Part shown: positions 1 through 7,572 of the stretch, in pieces
Position numbering within the stretch: position 1 is the first letter of the stretch
How the letters are laid out: every line of letters begins with the position of its first letter
From: Corynebacterium amycolatum
Lineage (GTDB): Bacteria > Actinomycetota > Actinomycetes > Mycobacteriales > Mycobacteriaceae
Length of the DNA: 32,000 nt
Assembly (NCBI RefSeq): GCF_049243625.1
Contig: NZ_CP046975.1
Direction: 5' to 3' (one strand)
Notes under the pieces: generated by a model
The model's input: the letters and a program-made list of their open reading frames with translations, nothing else
Told to the model about the DNA's origin: nothing
Database searches by the model: none
Position numbers and translations under genes: made by a program

Positions 1-876
1 GACAACGCGCTCAGTGACCGGCATGACGCCCATCGACGAACGAGTAAAGAAGCCGAGCGAGGTCACTGGCCAGACGCGACGGAAGAAGTCGATTGGGCTA
101 ATGCCATGAATCTTCAGCACAGCTGGGTACACAACTGCGATAACCAGGAACAGGCCAATGTAGATGGCAATGGCGAACTTGCCCAGGCTGCCAAGTGCTT
201 CCCAACCGTACTCAGCGACAGCATGACCGATCAGAGCCGCAGTACCGATTGGTGCCAGACGGATAACCCACCACAGCACCTTCTGCACGATGGTCAAAAG
301 AGAGCCGGAGAACTCGATGAACGGTTCAGCCTTCGGGCCGACCTTTACTGCGGCAATACCGAAGACAATCGCGATGACCAGCAGCTGCAGGACGTTGAAG
401 TTCAGCGAGCCGGATACAGCACCGTCAGATTCGCTGATCTTCACACCAAGGCCGAGGAAGTTCTGCGGGACAATGCTCTGCAGGAATCCCCACCACGAGC
501 CCACAGAATCCGGTTCCTGTGCAGCCGAGGCATCGACGCCGGAGTTAACGCCCGGCTTGATAAGCAAGCCCAGGCCAATGGCAATAACCACCGATACAAA
601 GGATGTGATGGCGAACCAAATAAGCGTCGAAACAGCCAGCTTGGCTGCGCCTGCGACCTGGCGCAGGTTGGCAATCGACACCACGACTGCGGTGACCACC
701 AGCGGCGGAATGAGCAGCTTCAACAGCGTGACGTAGGTACTGCCGACCTCGTCCAGCGCTGTGCGCAGCGAGGAGTCATCGCCAGTACTGCGGGCCATGA
801 AGCCCAAAATGAGACCAATAATCAGGCCATAGACAACTTGGGCACCGAAGCCGGTCGCCCATGTGAATTTATTCAC
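1..876 (-). CDS. Dicarboxylate/amino acid:cation symporter (DAACS) family transporter, 5' part; the gene continues past the left window edge
   Basis: Absent from the ORF track because it leaves the window. The reverse frame starts at GTG 876-874 with GGAGGA 5 nt upstream. It reads VNKFTWATGFGAQVVYGLIIGLILGF...LLKLLIPPLVVTAVVVSIANL...LAPIGTAALIGHAV..., multi-TM with a DAACS-like pattern. The + ORF 106..948 is its antisense shadow. Confidence 0.75.
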   Translation of the reverse strand, partial: MNKFTWATGFGAQVVYGLIIGLILGFMARSTGDDSSLRTALDEVGSTYVTLLKLLIPPLVVTAVVVSIANLRQVAGAAKLAVSTLIWFAITSFVSVVIAIGLGLLIKPGVNSGVDASAAQEPDSVGSWWGFLQSIVPQNFLGLGVKISESDGAVSGSLNFNVLQLLVIAIVFGIAAVKVGPKAEPFIEFSGSLLTIVQKVLWWVIRLAPIGTAALIGHAVAEYGWEALGSLGKFAIAIYIGLFLVIAVVYPAVLKIHGISPIDFFRRVWPVTSLGFFTRSSMGVMPVTERVV

Positions 877-1196
877 TTTTCCTCCTGGAAGTTTATCTGT
901 CTGAAAACACTTATGGCGCGCTTTAGGTCATCTGACATATGCGCGTGATGGGGTATCCGAGGGCCGCTGGGCTCAGCTTCGAAGAGGTAGGCGCAACGGG
1001 GGCGGAAACCTGAAGTGTTTAGCGACAGGAGGAAGTGGAAATTCGGCCGTAATCGAGCCAACGCCGCTTTGTGAGCATTTTCATGTTGGTCATTTCTATC
1101 TTGCAAGTCCGGTTAAGAGACAAACGATAAGACTGCCACGATTGATGTTGTGACACCAATTCCCAACGCAGGCTCACAGCCAAATATTCCGAATCT

Positions 1197-2840
1197 TTAA
1201 TTCGTTTTCTCAGCCTGCTTGCGCAGCTGCAGCACCTTTAGCGAGCAGAGGAAACCGATAGTTAGCGCACCGACGGCGGAATACAGCGCAAACTGTGTGG
1301 CATGTGCAAACGCATTTGTCAGCGGGATCAATACAGCGTCGGAAGCGCCCTGCGCCCGCAGACCAATCAGGATAGAGCCGGCGGAATCCTTCAGCCCCTG
1401 CCCCATCTGCTCCAGTCCCGGCGACAACTTCGCAATCTCGCGATCCAGCCCAATCGTCAACGCCATACCACCGAGTGCCGCACCGAGAGCAGAACCAATC
1501 TGCCGGATTGTCGACTGCGTCGCCGACGCCTGTCCCGACAGACGCACCGGAATATCGCCGAGCACCAGCGAGGTCAGTTGCGCCGACGCCAGGCCAAGGC
1601 CCAGACCGTAGATAATCAGCGCAAACACAACTAGCCACAACGGCAGGCCAACACGCTCTTCCGCCGCCAACTGCAGCGAACCAAAGACCTCGAGCCCCAG
1701 CCCCACAATCACGACACCGGCCGGGGTGATCCGGGCTGCTAGATGACGCGCCATGGCACCTGCGAAAAACGCGCCGAGAGCCATCGCTGCCAGGACCAGG
1801 CCAGTTGCAATCGTCGACAAGCCAATCGCCGACACCAAGTAGAGCGGCAGCACGAAGACCAGCGCGAACTCACCCACCGCGACGAGCATCGCCGTCGTAT
1901 TCCCCCAGCTAAACGTGGCGTAGGAGAACATCGACACGTCCAACAGCGCAGGATCCGCGTTCTTCCGACGACGATTCTCCCACAGCACGAAGGCGACGAG
2001 CACCACCGCACCAACCAAGAGCGTGACGACGGGCGCGGAGGGAAAAGCAAACCCAATCTTGGCACCCTGAATGATGCCGAAGACGACGGCACCAAAGCCG
2101 ATTCCAGATAGCAGCAGGCCGAGAACGTCGAAACCACCAGCGCCATTGGTCTCGCCCGCGGTGTTCGGCACCCAGCGCAGCGCAAGGAGGAAAAGCACCA
2201 CGGCGATGGGCACATTGACCCAGAAGATGGCTTCCCAACCAGCGAATTGAGTAAGGACGCCACCCAAGAGCGGGCCGACTGCTGCGGCACCGGACATGAC
2301 CGCACCCCAGATGCCGAATGCGGTGGCGCGATCTTTGTCACGGAACAGTGCGTTAACGCTGGACAGTGTCGACGGCAGAATGCACGCGCCACCAATGCCC
2401 TGGATAACGCGGGCTATGACCAACGGGGCCAAGGATGTGGAAAGCGCGGCCACAACGGAGCCGCCCGTGAAGATGACCAGACCGACGAGAAAAAGGGTTC
2501 GACGGCCAAAGCGGTCACCAGCACGGCCAGAGGTTAGCAGCAGCGCGGCGAAGACGGCGGAGTAGATAGTGGTAATCCACTGCGCACCGACGATGTCGAG
2601 GCCCAGCTCCGAAATGATAGTCGGCAGTGAGACACCAACAATGGTGCCGTCGAGGACAATCATGCCTAGGCCAACCGCAAGCACGAGCAGGCCCCACCAG
2701 CGCTGTGGCGAGGCCGAGAACTCAGCAATCTGATCCTCGTTGGCGATTGCCGTGACGGCGGTGCCCTCCGCTTTCTCTGTAGCACCGGGTTGTGCGTCGG
2801 CTGAGACGTCGGCGCTGCTCAAGGAAGGTTTCGTACTCAT
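1197..2840 (-). CDS. MFS transporter, DHA2 (14-TMS, EmrB/QacA-like) family
   Basis: ORF 1197..2960. It is highly hydrophobic with MFS motifs (LDGTIVGVSLPTI, GRAGDRFGRR) and about 14 TM segments. The ATG at 2840 (MSTKPSL...) is preferred over the upstream ATG at 2960, which adds 40 non-membrane residues; the start is uncertain. Confidence 0.8.
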   Translation of the reverse strand: MSTKPSLSSADVSADAQPGATEKAEGTAVTAIANEDQIAEFSASPQRWWGLLVLAVGLGMIVLDGTIVGVSLPTIISELGLDIVGAQWITTIYSAVFAALLLTSGRAGDRFGRRTLFLVGLVIFTGGSVVAALSTSLAPLVIARVIQGIGGACILPSTLSSVNALFRDKDRATAFGIWGAVMSGAAAVGPLLGGVLTQFAGWEAIFWVNVPIAVVLFLLALRWVPNTAGETNGAGGFDVLGLLLSGIGFGAVVFGIIQGAKIGFAFPSAPVVTLLVGAVVLVAFVLWENRRRKNADPALLDVSMFSYATFSWGNTTAMLVAVGEFALVFVLPLYLVSAIGLSTIATGLVLAAMALGAFFAGAMARHLAARITPAGVVIVGLGLEVFGSLQLAAEERVGLPLWLVVFALIIYGLGLGLASAQLTSLVLGDIPVRLSGQASATQSTIRQIGSALGAALGGMALTIGLDREIAKLSPGLEQMGQGLKDSAGSILIGLRAQGASDAVLIPLTNAFAHATQFALYSAVGALTIGFLCSLKVLQLRKQAEKTN

Positions 2841-3118
2841 AGGATTAATGCTAGAAGTGTCCAAGCACTGATTCATCAACCGAAAGTCGTAATTTTCCGG
2901 AGCTTTGGTTCGTTGAGCACGGGAGACGCTTTGCTTCATCGAGCTCAGAGATGAGGGCATCGAGAACGCGGGACAACTTCTTTGAATCCGCGCAATGGCA
3001 GCAGAACCTGCTGGCTATAGGGCTTTTATCACCACGCAGTGGCAGATTGCTATGATGCTATGAGGTCTCGGGCGCTAATTAATAGCGCTTAATTGCCGCT
3101 TCGCAGTGCCCGAGCCTT

Positions 3119-3192
3119 GCCCCTATAGCTCAGTCGGTTAGAGCAGAGGACTCATAATCCTTTTGTCCCAGGTTCGAGCCCTGGTGGGGGCA
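3119..3192 (+). tRNA. tRNA-Met (anticodon CAT), elongator type; tRNA-Ile2 (lysidine) cannot be excluded
   Basis: Cloverleaf read by eye. Acceptor GCCCCTA/TGGGGGC, D-arm AGCTCAGTCGGTTAGAGC, anticodon loop CTCATAA, T-arm CCAGG-TTCGAGC-CCTGG, discriminator A. No encoded CCA. The anticodon stem lacks the three G-C pairs of initiator tRNA. Confidence 0.9.
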
Positions 3193-3195
3193 CTA
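3151..3195 (+). repeat. attL: element-proximal copy of the 45-bp direct repeat (3' half of the intact tRNA-Met)
   Basis: ctcataatccttttgtcCcaggttcgagccctgGtgggggcacta matches 9382..9426 except at positions 3168 and 3184. Confidence 0.85.
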
Positions 3196-4084
3196 CCGCA
3201 CCTACCGCGTCCTGCAGCGACACGGACAGGTGTTCGAGGTCACCTGCCACTACCCCCGCGTAATGCCGGAGCGTAGTGGTCGCATCAGCGTGTCCAAGGT
3301 GCGCTGCAACAACCTGCGGAGCAACACCCGACCGCAGTGCGAGGGTCGCGCAAGTATCACGGAGCGCATGAGGAGTGATTTTCCTCACACCCGCACGGGC
3401 ACACGCAGGCTGTAATGCCCTTGCCGTCCAGTTCGTCCTGTGCACCGGAGTACCAACAGCCGAGGTAAACAGCAGCTCGGTTTTACAGCTGGCGGCGCAC
3501 ACTCGCAGTCGCTCCATCACAAAACGCGGGAGGTACACCCGACGACGCTGATGCGTTTTGCCGTCAGAGCGCAGCCACCCGCCACCACGAGCAGGGATAA
3601 GACCGCCCGAGACCATGATGTACTCATCGTGCACCGACGCGGGTTTTAGAGCTGTAACCTCGGAAAATCGCAAGCCCCCGTAGACCAAGACCTCAAAAAT
3701 CAGCAGGTCACGACCAGACAGCTGTGCGGACACTCGCTGTACCTCATCCGGGGAAAGCGGGTCAGGCAGCGCCCTAGTGGCAGGCGGCATTTTCACTAGC
3801 TTCGCCGGCGAGGACTTCACATAGCCCTCAATCTCCGCCAGCCGGTACACCTGGCGAACAATAGAAAGCGACTGTCGCACCTGGTGGTAGGCGTGGGGCG
3901 CAGCCTCTATCACCCAACCCTGCACATCTCGGTAAGTGATTTGATCGAGACGGAAACTTCCAAACACAGGCTGTAAATACTGCTCCAGCAACCAGCGGTA
4001 ATCCTCAGCGGTTTTCTCTGCAACAGGATGCATCGACAGCCACTCAGCCGCATAATCGCTAAAATACGGTGCCTGACCAGCCAC
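3152..4084 (-). CDS. int: Tyrosine recombinase / phage-type integrase
   Basis: 310 aa. Catalytic signature GGLRFSEV (Arg), HALRDT (H-x-x-R), LGHADATTTLRHY (His and Tyr). GTG start at 4084 overlaps the xis stop by 1 nt (TAGTG). The last ~14 codons are antisense to the tRNA 3' half. Confidence 0.9.
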   Translation of the reverse strand: MAGQAPYFSDYAAEWLSMHPVAEKTAEDYRWLLEQYLQPVFGSFRLDQITYRDVQGWVIEAAPHAYHQVRQSLSIVRQVYRLAEIEGYVKSSPAKLVKMPPATRALPDPLSPDEVQRVSAQLSGRDLLIFEVLVYGGLRFSEVTALKPASVHDEYIMVSGGLIPARGGGWLRSDGKTHQRRRVYLPRFVMERLRVCAASCKTELLFTSAVGTPVHRTNWTARALQPACARAGVRKITPHALRDTCATLALRSGVAPQVVAAHLGHADATTTLRHYAGVVAGDLEHLSVSLQDAVGAVVPPPGLEPGTKGL

Positions 4085-4260
4085 TATTTTTCACGCACCC
4101 TACCAGACGCATACGCGTCCACACTCTCAGGGACATAACGAACGAGCTCGCCAACCTGCATATACCGCGGACCAACACCACGGTCACGCCACCGCATGAG
4201 AGTCTGACGGGACACACCCAAACGGCGAGACACCTCGCCGGGGGTCAAAAGGGAAGTCAT
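4084..4260 (-). CDS. xis: Excisionase / MerR-like helix-turn-helix DNA-binding protein
   Basis: MTSLLTPGEVSRRLGVSRQTLMRWRDRGVGPRYMQVGELVRYV is a typical Xis-type HTH. It lies directly upstream of int and is translationally coupled to it. The ATG at 4260 is preferred to the TTG at 4287. Confidence 0.75.
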   Translation of the reverse strand: MTSLLTPGEVSRRLGVSRQTLMRWRDRGVGPRYMQVGELVRYVPESVDAYASGRVREK

Positions 4261-4313
4261 TTGTAAACCAACTTTCAAAAGAAACAAAATCAGAACTAAA
4301 ACAAGGTAAAGGT

Positions 4314-4333
4314 GCGCCCGCCGTAGCGGGCGC
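4314..4333 (-). terminator. GC-rich hairpin followed by a T-rich tract on the minus strand, between the tra operon and xis-int
   Basis: gcgcccgc-cgta-gcgggcgc is a perfect 8-bp stem. The minus strand continues acctttaccttgttttagttctgattttgtttcttttg. A second hairpin, aggggc-tttc-gcccct, lies at 4429..4444. Confidence 0.4.
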
Positions 4334-4463
4334 GGTCAATGAGGAGACACAAGAAACTGCAGGGATACCCGACCTAGACGACGGAGAACAAAACCACCTG
4401 GTCACCCGCCCTATCGGGGCAGGGACAAAGGGGCTTTCGCCCCTCTGTACACCCCTCTGTGGA

Positions 4464-4910
4464 CTAGGCAGACACCAGACGCACAACGCACCGACCAGAG
4501 GTCACCGCACCTGTGGTGCGATTCACATCCTCATAGGCCAGGCAGATGCGCTCCGTAGGGGCGGCATACCTAGCCGTAACCGGAGAAACCTGCAGGTCAA
4601 CCGGGTTTTTCGGCATACCGTACAGGCGCTCCTCACTTTCCAAAACCTCTCGCGCCTGCACACAACTCCGCTCCCGAGCCTCGTCGATGTACACACTGCC
4701 GGACGGCTGATAGTTACAGTCTCGCTCTACACGGGCACGAGCGCGGTCAATACGACACTGCCCAAAATCCTGAAACAGACCGCCGCATTTTTCCGGCTCC
4801 CCCGGAGTCACGTTCTCTGGTGCCTGGTCACCACCACCCTGAGCAACCACCAGACCGATACCAGCGAACAGCGCGAGCACACCGCCAGCGATTTTCCGCC
4901 CCCTACTCAT
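4464..4910 (-). CDS. Hypothetical secreted or membrane-anchored Cys-rich protein (148 aa)
   Basis: The N-terminus MSRGRKIAGGVLALFAGIGLVVAQGGG looks like a signal peptide or anchor. The mature part has six Cys. The ATG at 4910 overlaps the stop of the FtsK-like ORF (GATGAGTAG). No family recognised. Confidence 0.55.
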   Translation of the reverse strand: MSRGRKIAGGVLALFAGIGLVVAQGGGDQAPENVTPGEPEKCGGLFQDFGQCRIDRARARVERDCNYQPSGSVYIDEARERSCVQAREVLESEERLYGMPKNPVDLQVSPVTARYAAPTERICLAYEDVNRTTGAVTSGRCVVRLVSA

Positions 4911-5787
4911 CAGACTCACCTACTAGTGGAGTGTGCTGATCGAAGACGTACCGCCCGATGCGGTCGTAGTACTCGTCATAGTCCATATCCGGAGACTGAA
5001 ACCAGGTGAAATCCGGCTTGCCGATTTCGCGAAGCACACCGCGACCTGGCTGTAATGCAATCATTCGAGCAACGACCTCGGGTTCTACCTGGTCAAACAT
5101 CATTTTGATGCTGTCCGTGTTGTCCTGCGCGTAGGAGATTCGACGACCATACTGCGACCGGTCATGCAACGTTTTCGCTTCCGCACGCTGCAGAATCGTA
5201 AAAACGCGAATGCCGACCTTTGCGCCCTCGCGGAGTAGTCGACCGACAGCGCCAGTAAAAGATGCTGCCTGCTTTTTATCCCAGGCGGTCATCGACTCAA
5301 TCAAACCGGAATATTCCTCAAGCACGCAGAAAATGATTGGCTGGCTTACCGAGAAGTCGTCGATTTTCTCTCGGCGACCGAGGTTCGCCATGCGGCTTTC
5401 CATTTCGGCTACCACCGCGTTAACCAGCGCAATTGCCGCTTTTAACGACGCTTCTGAGGTACCAAGAACAAAGTCCTGCGGTCTGCCGGAATACTCCCAC
5501 CAGGGGCGCAATAACCCAAAGGCGGGGTCGATGCCAACTACCTGAATATCGGAGTGTTTTGCCAGCTGAATTAAAATCGATTGGCTGCCCTTACTTTTAC
5601 CTGAGCGGGTGATGCCCGCAATAAACGTGTGGTAAGACGCATATGGGTCGAAACATACGAGATGTCCGTCCTCGTCCTGCGCCCACCAGAGGGGTGCCCC
5701 TGTATCAGTCAAGGAAATCGACCCCCAGCTTCTTCTCAAAAGCATCACGGGTGATGGCATACAGGCGCATTTGACCAGGACGCTCAC
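4903..5787 (-). CDS. FtsK/SpoIIIE-family DNA translocase ATPase domain (TraB/TraSA-like), lacking its own membrane anchor
   Basis: Walker A is FIAGITRSGKSKGS and Walker B-like is IIFCVLEEY. The maximal ORF overlaps the upstream ORF by 83 nt in another frame. The real start is unclear: ATG 5760, ATG 5745, or TTG 5712 overlapping the upstream stop. Confidence 0.8.
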   Translation of the reverse strand: MSVLVKCACMPSPVMLLRRSWGSISLTDTGAPLWWAQDEDGHLVCFDPYASYHTFIAGITRSGKSKGSQSILIQLAKHSDIQVVGIDPAFGLLRPWWEYSGRPQDFVLGTSEASLKAAIALVNAVVAEMESRMANLGRREKIDDFSVSQPIIFCVLEEYSGLIESMTAWDKKQAASFTGAVGRLLREGAKVGIRVFTILQRAEAKTLHDRSQYGRRISYAQDNTDSIKMMFDQVEPEVVARMIALQPGRGVLREIGKPDFTWFQSPDMDYDEYYDRIGRYVFDQHTPLVGESDE

Positions 5788-6229
5788 GCTCTACCTGGTA
5801 GTCGCGAACCCCCTCAATATCTGCGTACGCGCCGAGCTTTTCGACACCCTCACGAAAACCCTTTTCGCTCATACCCTGTGGGAGCCTGCACACCAGGGCA
5901 ACCCCACGGGAATCTTTCAGGCGACGGACTACGGTCGGGGTCAGCCGTGACACCTCTTGCTTTTCCTCGCCATCTTCAGTGCGCACTGTGCGGACCGTTT
6001 CGACGTAGCAGCCGACCGCCTCCAGTGCTGTATGCAGCTTTTTATCCGTGCCGAACCTGCGGAAAAATTCGCGCTCGCCCGCGCGAAGATCGTCCTTATC
6101 ATCCTTGCTCAGTCCATGTAGCTGCTGGCGGTTTTCACCCCACGACTCAGCCAGGCTGATTACCGCAAGGATGCCGCCGACAATCAGCACAAGGAGAAAC
6201 AGGCTTCCAAAATCGATGCCATTACTCAT
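5705..6229 (-). CDS. Membrane-anchored protein resembling the N-terminal (TM plus linker) part of an FtsK/TraB-like translocase
   Basis: MSNGIDFGSLFLLVLIVGGILAVISLAE forms one TM helix. The C-terminus ends ...MRLYAITRDAFEKKLGVDFLD immediately before the ATPase domain in a different frame. The ATG at 6229 has GGGGAGG upstream and overlaps the preceding stop by 8 nt. Confidence 0.6.
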   Translation of the reverse strand: MSNGIDFGSLFLLVLIVGGILAVISLAESWGENRQQLHGLSKDDKDDLRAGEREFFRRFGTDKKLHTALEAVGCYVETVRTVRTEDGEEKQEVSRLTPTVVRRLKDSRGVALVCRLPQGMSEKGFREGVEKLGAYADIEGVRDYQVERERPGQMRLYAITRDAFEKKLGVDFLD

Positions 6230-6491
6230 TTTCAGCGCCTCCCCACAGACCAGCCGCAGCCTCGTCACGTCCGCGAGCGGTCAGAGTGAGGCGCTCGATT
6301 TCGGGATGGAAATAGTCGCGCTCTCCATGAACCCAACCTCGGCGGATAAGCTCCACTACGACCTCTCCTATCTCCATATCCGACACGTCAGACATGCAAA
6401 TAAGTAGCTCGCCATAGGTCATCGGAAAACCCTTGGACAGCCACTCTTCTAGCAGTCCTACAATTTGCCGCTCAATCGATATAACGCTCAC
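6222..6491 (-). CDS. Small winged-helix-like DNA-binding protein (89 aa), hypothetical
   Basis: GTG at 6491 with GAGGA 4 nt upstream. VSVISIERQIVGLLEEWLSKGFPMTYGELLICMSDVSDMEIGEVVVELIRRGWV resembles a MarR/ArsR-type wHTH. The domain call is by eye only. Confidence 0.5.
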   Translation of the reverse strand: MSVISIERQIVGLLEEWLSKGFPMTYGELLICMSDVSDMEIGEVVVELIRRGWVHGERDYFHPEIERLTLTARGRDEAAAGLWGGAENE

Positions 6492-6597
6492 AGCGTCCTC
6501 CAATCTTATTTTGGGTGGAATACCTTTTTGGTGATTCCTAGTCGCTCCCCCAACCACTCGCCGGGGGATGCGGTACAAACCACCAGACAAAAGCGGC

Positions 6598-6972
6598 TTA
6601 GCGAGCTAGCTGCTCGGAGAAATCCACGACCTGCTGCAGCTCACCGATGCGAAGCGTAGGGCGCATTTCCGCGAACGTGCTGTCACGGTCAGACGAGGCG
6701 CGCACCACCAAGTCGCAGTTTTTTCCAGCCGCAAGCAACTTGCCTGCAGGCAGTGCAAACGGCTCGGTGCTCTGCACAGTGACCGTCATCTGCTGCCCCT
6801 GCCACAAAGCAGGAACGTCCGCGATGCGGTGAATCTCACCACCGTCATCATCAAGCGCGGGCTTGTCAGTCGGACGCCGATTTTCCCACTGCATCATCTG
6901 GCGAGACTCCGCATCAGCAAGAACCACCAACTTCACGCCTGCAGCCGGAACAGTAAACGAATTGAGCGCCAT
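6598..6972 (-). CDS. Hypothetical protein (124 aa), first gene of the tra-side operon; possibly a Pra-like activator (speculative)
   Basis: ATG at 6972 with GAGAGGAAG upstream. MALNSFTVPAAGVKLVVLADAESRQMMQWENRRPTDKPALDDDGGEIH... has no TM segment and no motif I can assign with confidence. Confidence 0.5.
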   Translation of the reverse strand: MALNSFTVPAAGVKLVVLADAESRQMMQWENRRPTDKPALDDDGGEIHRIADVPALWQGQQMTVTVQSTEPFALPAGKLLAAGKNCDLVVRASSDRDSTFAEMRPTLRIGELQQVVDFSEQLAR

Positions 6973-7139
6973 TTTGGCTTCCTCTCTACTAAACAAAACG
7001 GACCACATCCGCCGTTCCCGTTTGGAACTATTTGTAGTATATCACACTTCTTGTTTCGCTCGCTCCAAAATGTACCACCCGGCACATGTGAGCGCAACAC
7101 AAAGAATCAACCTGCTAGATTTGTACCGCCCGCATCACA

Positions 7140-7145
7140 TAGACT
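7140..7145 (+). promoter_or_regulatory. Candidate -10 box (TAGACT) for a leaderless transcript of the 7153..7572 gene
   Basis: A TANNNT hexamer ends 7 nt before the ATG at 7153, and no Shine-Dalgarno is present. This arrangement is common for leaderless actinobacterial mRNAs. Confidence 0.3.
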
Positions 7146-7152
7146 CAGCCAC

Positions 7153-7572
7153 ATGAGCACTAGCGACTACCGCCGACTGGCGCAAGAAAAAGAAGATGCA
7201 ATCCGCGAACTGCAAGCCCAAATCGAGCACACTCGCGACATCATCGAAGCCAACCGCGAAGCCTTAAAGACGCTCACTAGCTTGGCTTTTGCCGACTTCG
7301 GCGTACCACAACGCCGAGTCGCACAGTGGGCTGGAGTATCGCCGACGCAAATCCACCGGTGGAACAAGGAAGTCCAGGAATCCCTGGCAAATCGTCACAG
7401 TGACGATAAACAGTCCGACGTATCTACCACCGCCAACACTGATTTTGTACCTAAAATTTTCGACGCCCGGCAATCCGGTCACACCGAGGAGATAACCGAG
7501 ACGGAACAAGCAAAAATCGAAGCCAGATACAACCGTGACGCACTACTGCGTCGCCTGGCGGAGAGTAACTGA
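7153..7572 (+). CDS. Helix-turn-helix regulator (139 aa), the only plus-strand gene of the element
   Basis: MSTSDYRRLAQEKEDAIRELQAQIEH... (coiled coil) is followed by FGVPQRRVAQWAGVSPTQIHRWNKE (HTH). It is divergent from the 6972 operon. Its 3' end overlaps the rep 3' end by 30 nt. Confidence 0.6.
   Translation: MSTSDYRRLAQEKEDAIRELQAQIEHTRDIIEANREALKTLTSLAFADFGVPQRRVAQWAGVSPTQIHRWNKEVQESLANRHSDDKQSDVSTTANTDFVPKIFDARQSGHTEEITETEQAKIEARYNRDALLRRLAESN

Noticed and set aside
106-948. 280-aa plus-strand ORF
   Set aside because: It is antisense to a much more convincing membrane-transporter frame on the minus strand. The product is Arg/Gln/Asp-rich with no recognisable features, typical of a shadow ORF in high-GC DNA.
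877-1196. 320-nt leader of the DAACS gene as a possible riboswitch, plus ORF 873..1106
   Set aside because: I could not recognise any known riboswitch consensus. The 77-aa ORF has no coding-like features. Only the CATAAGTG-type motif copy at 908-921 was kept, within the repeat finding.
2841-2960. 40-codon N-terminal extension of the MFS ORF
   Set aside because: It is polar with no TM segment. The downstream ATG seems more likely, but this is not certain.
6829-7152. N-terminal 108 codons of ORF 6829..7572
   Set aside because: This part runs through the divergent promoter region and antisense to the 124-aa gene. The HTH protein most plausibly starts at ATG 7153.
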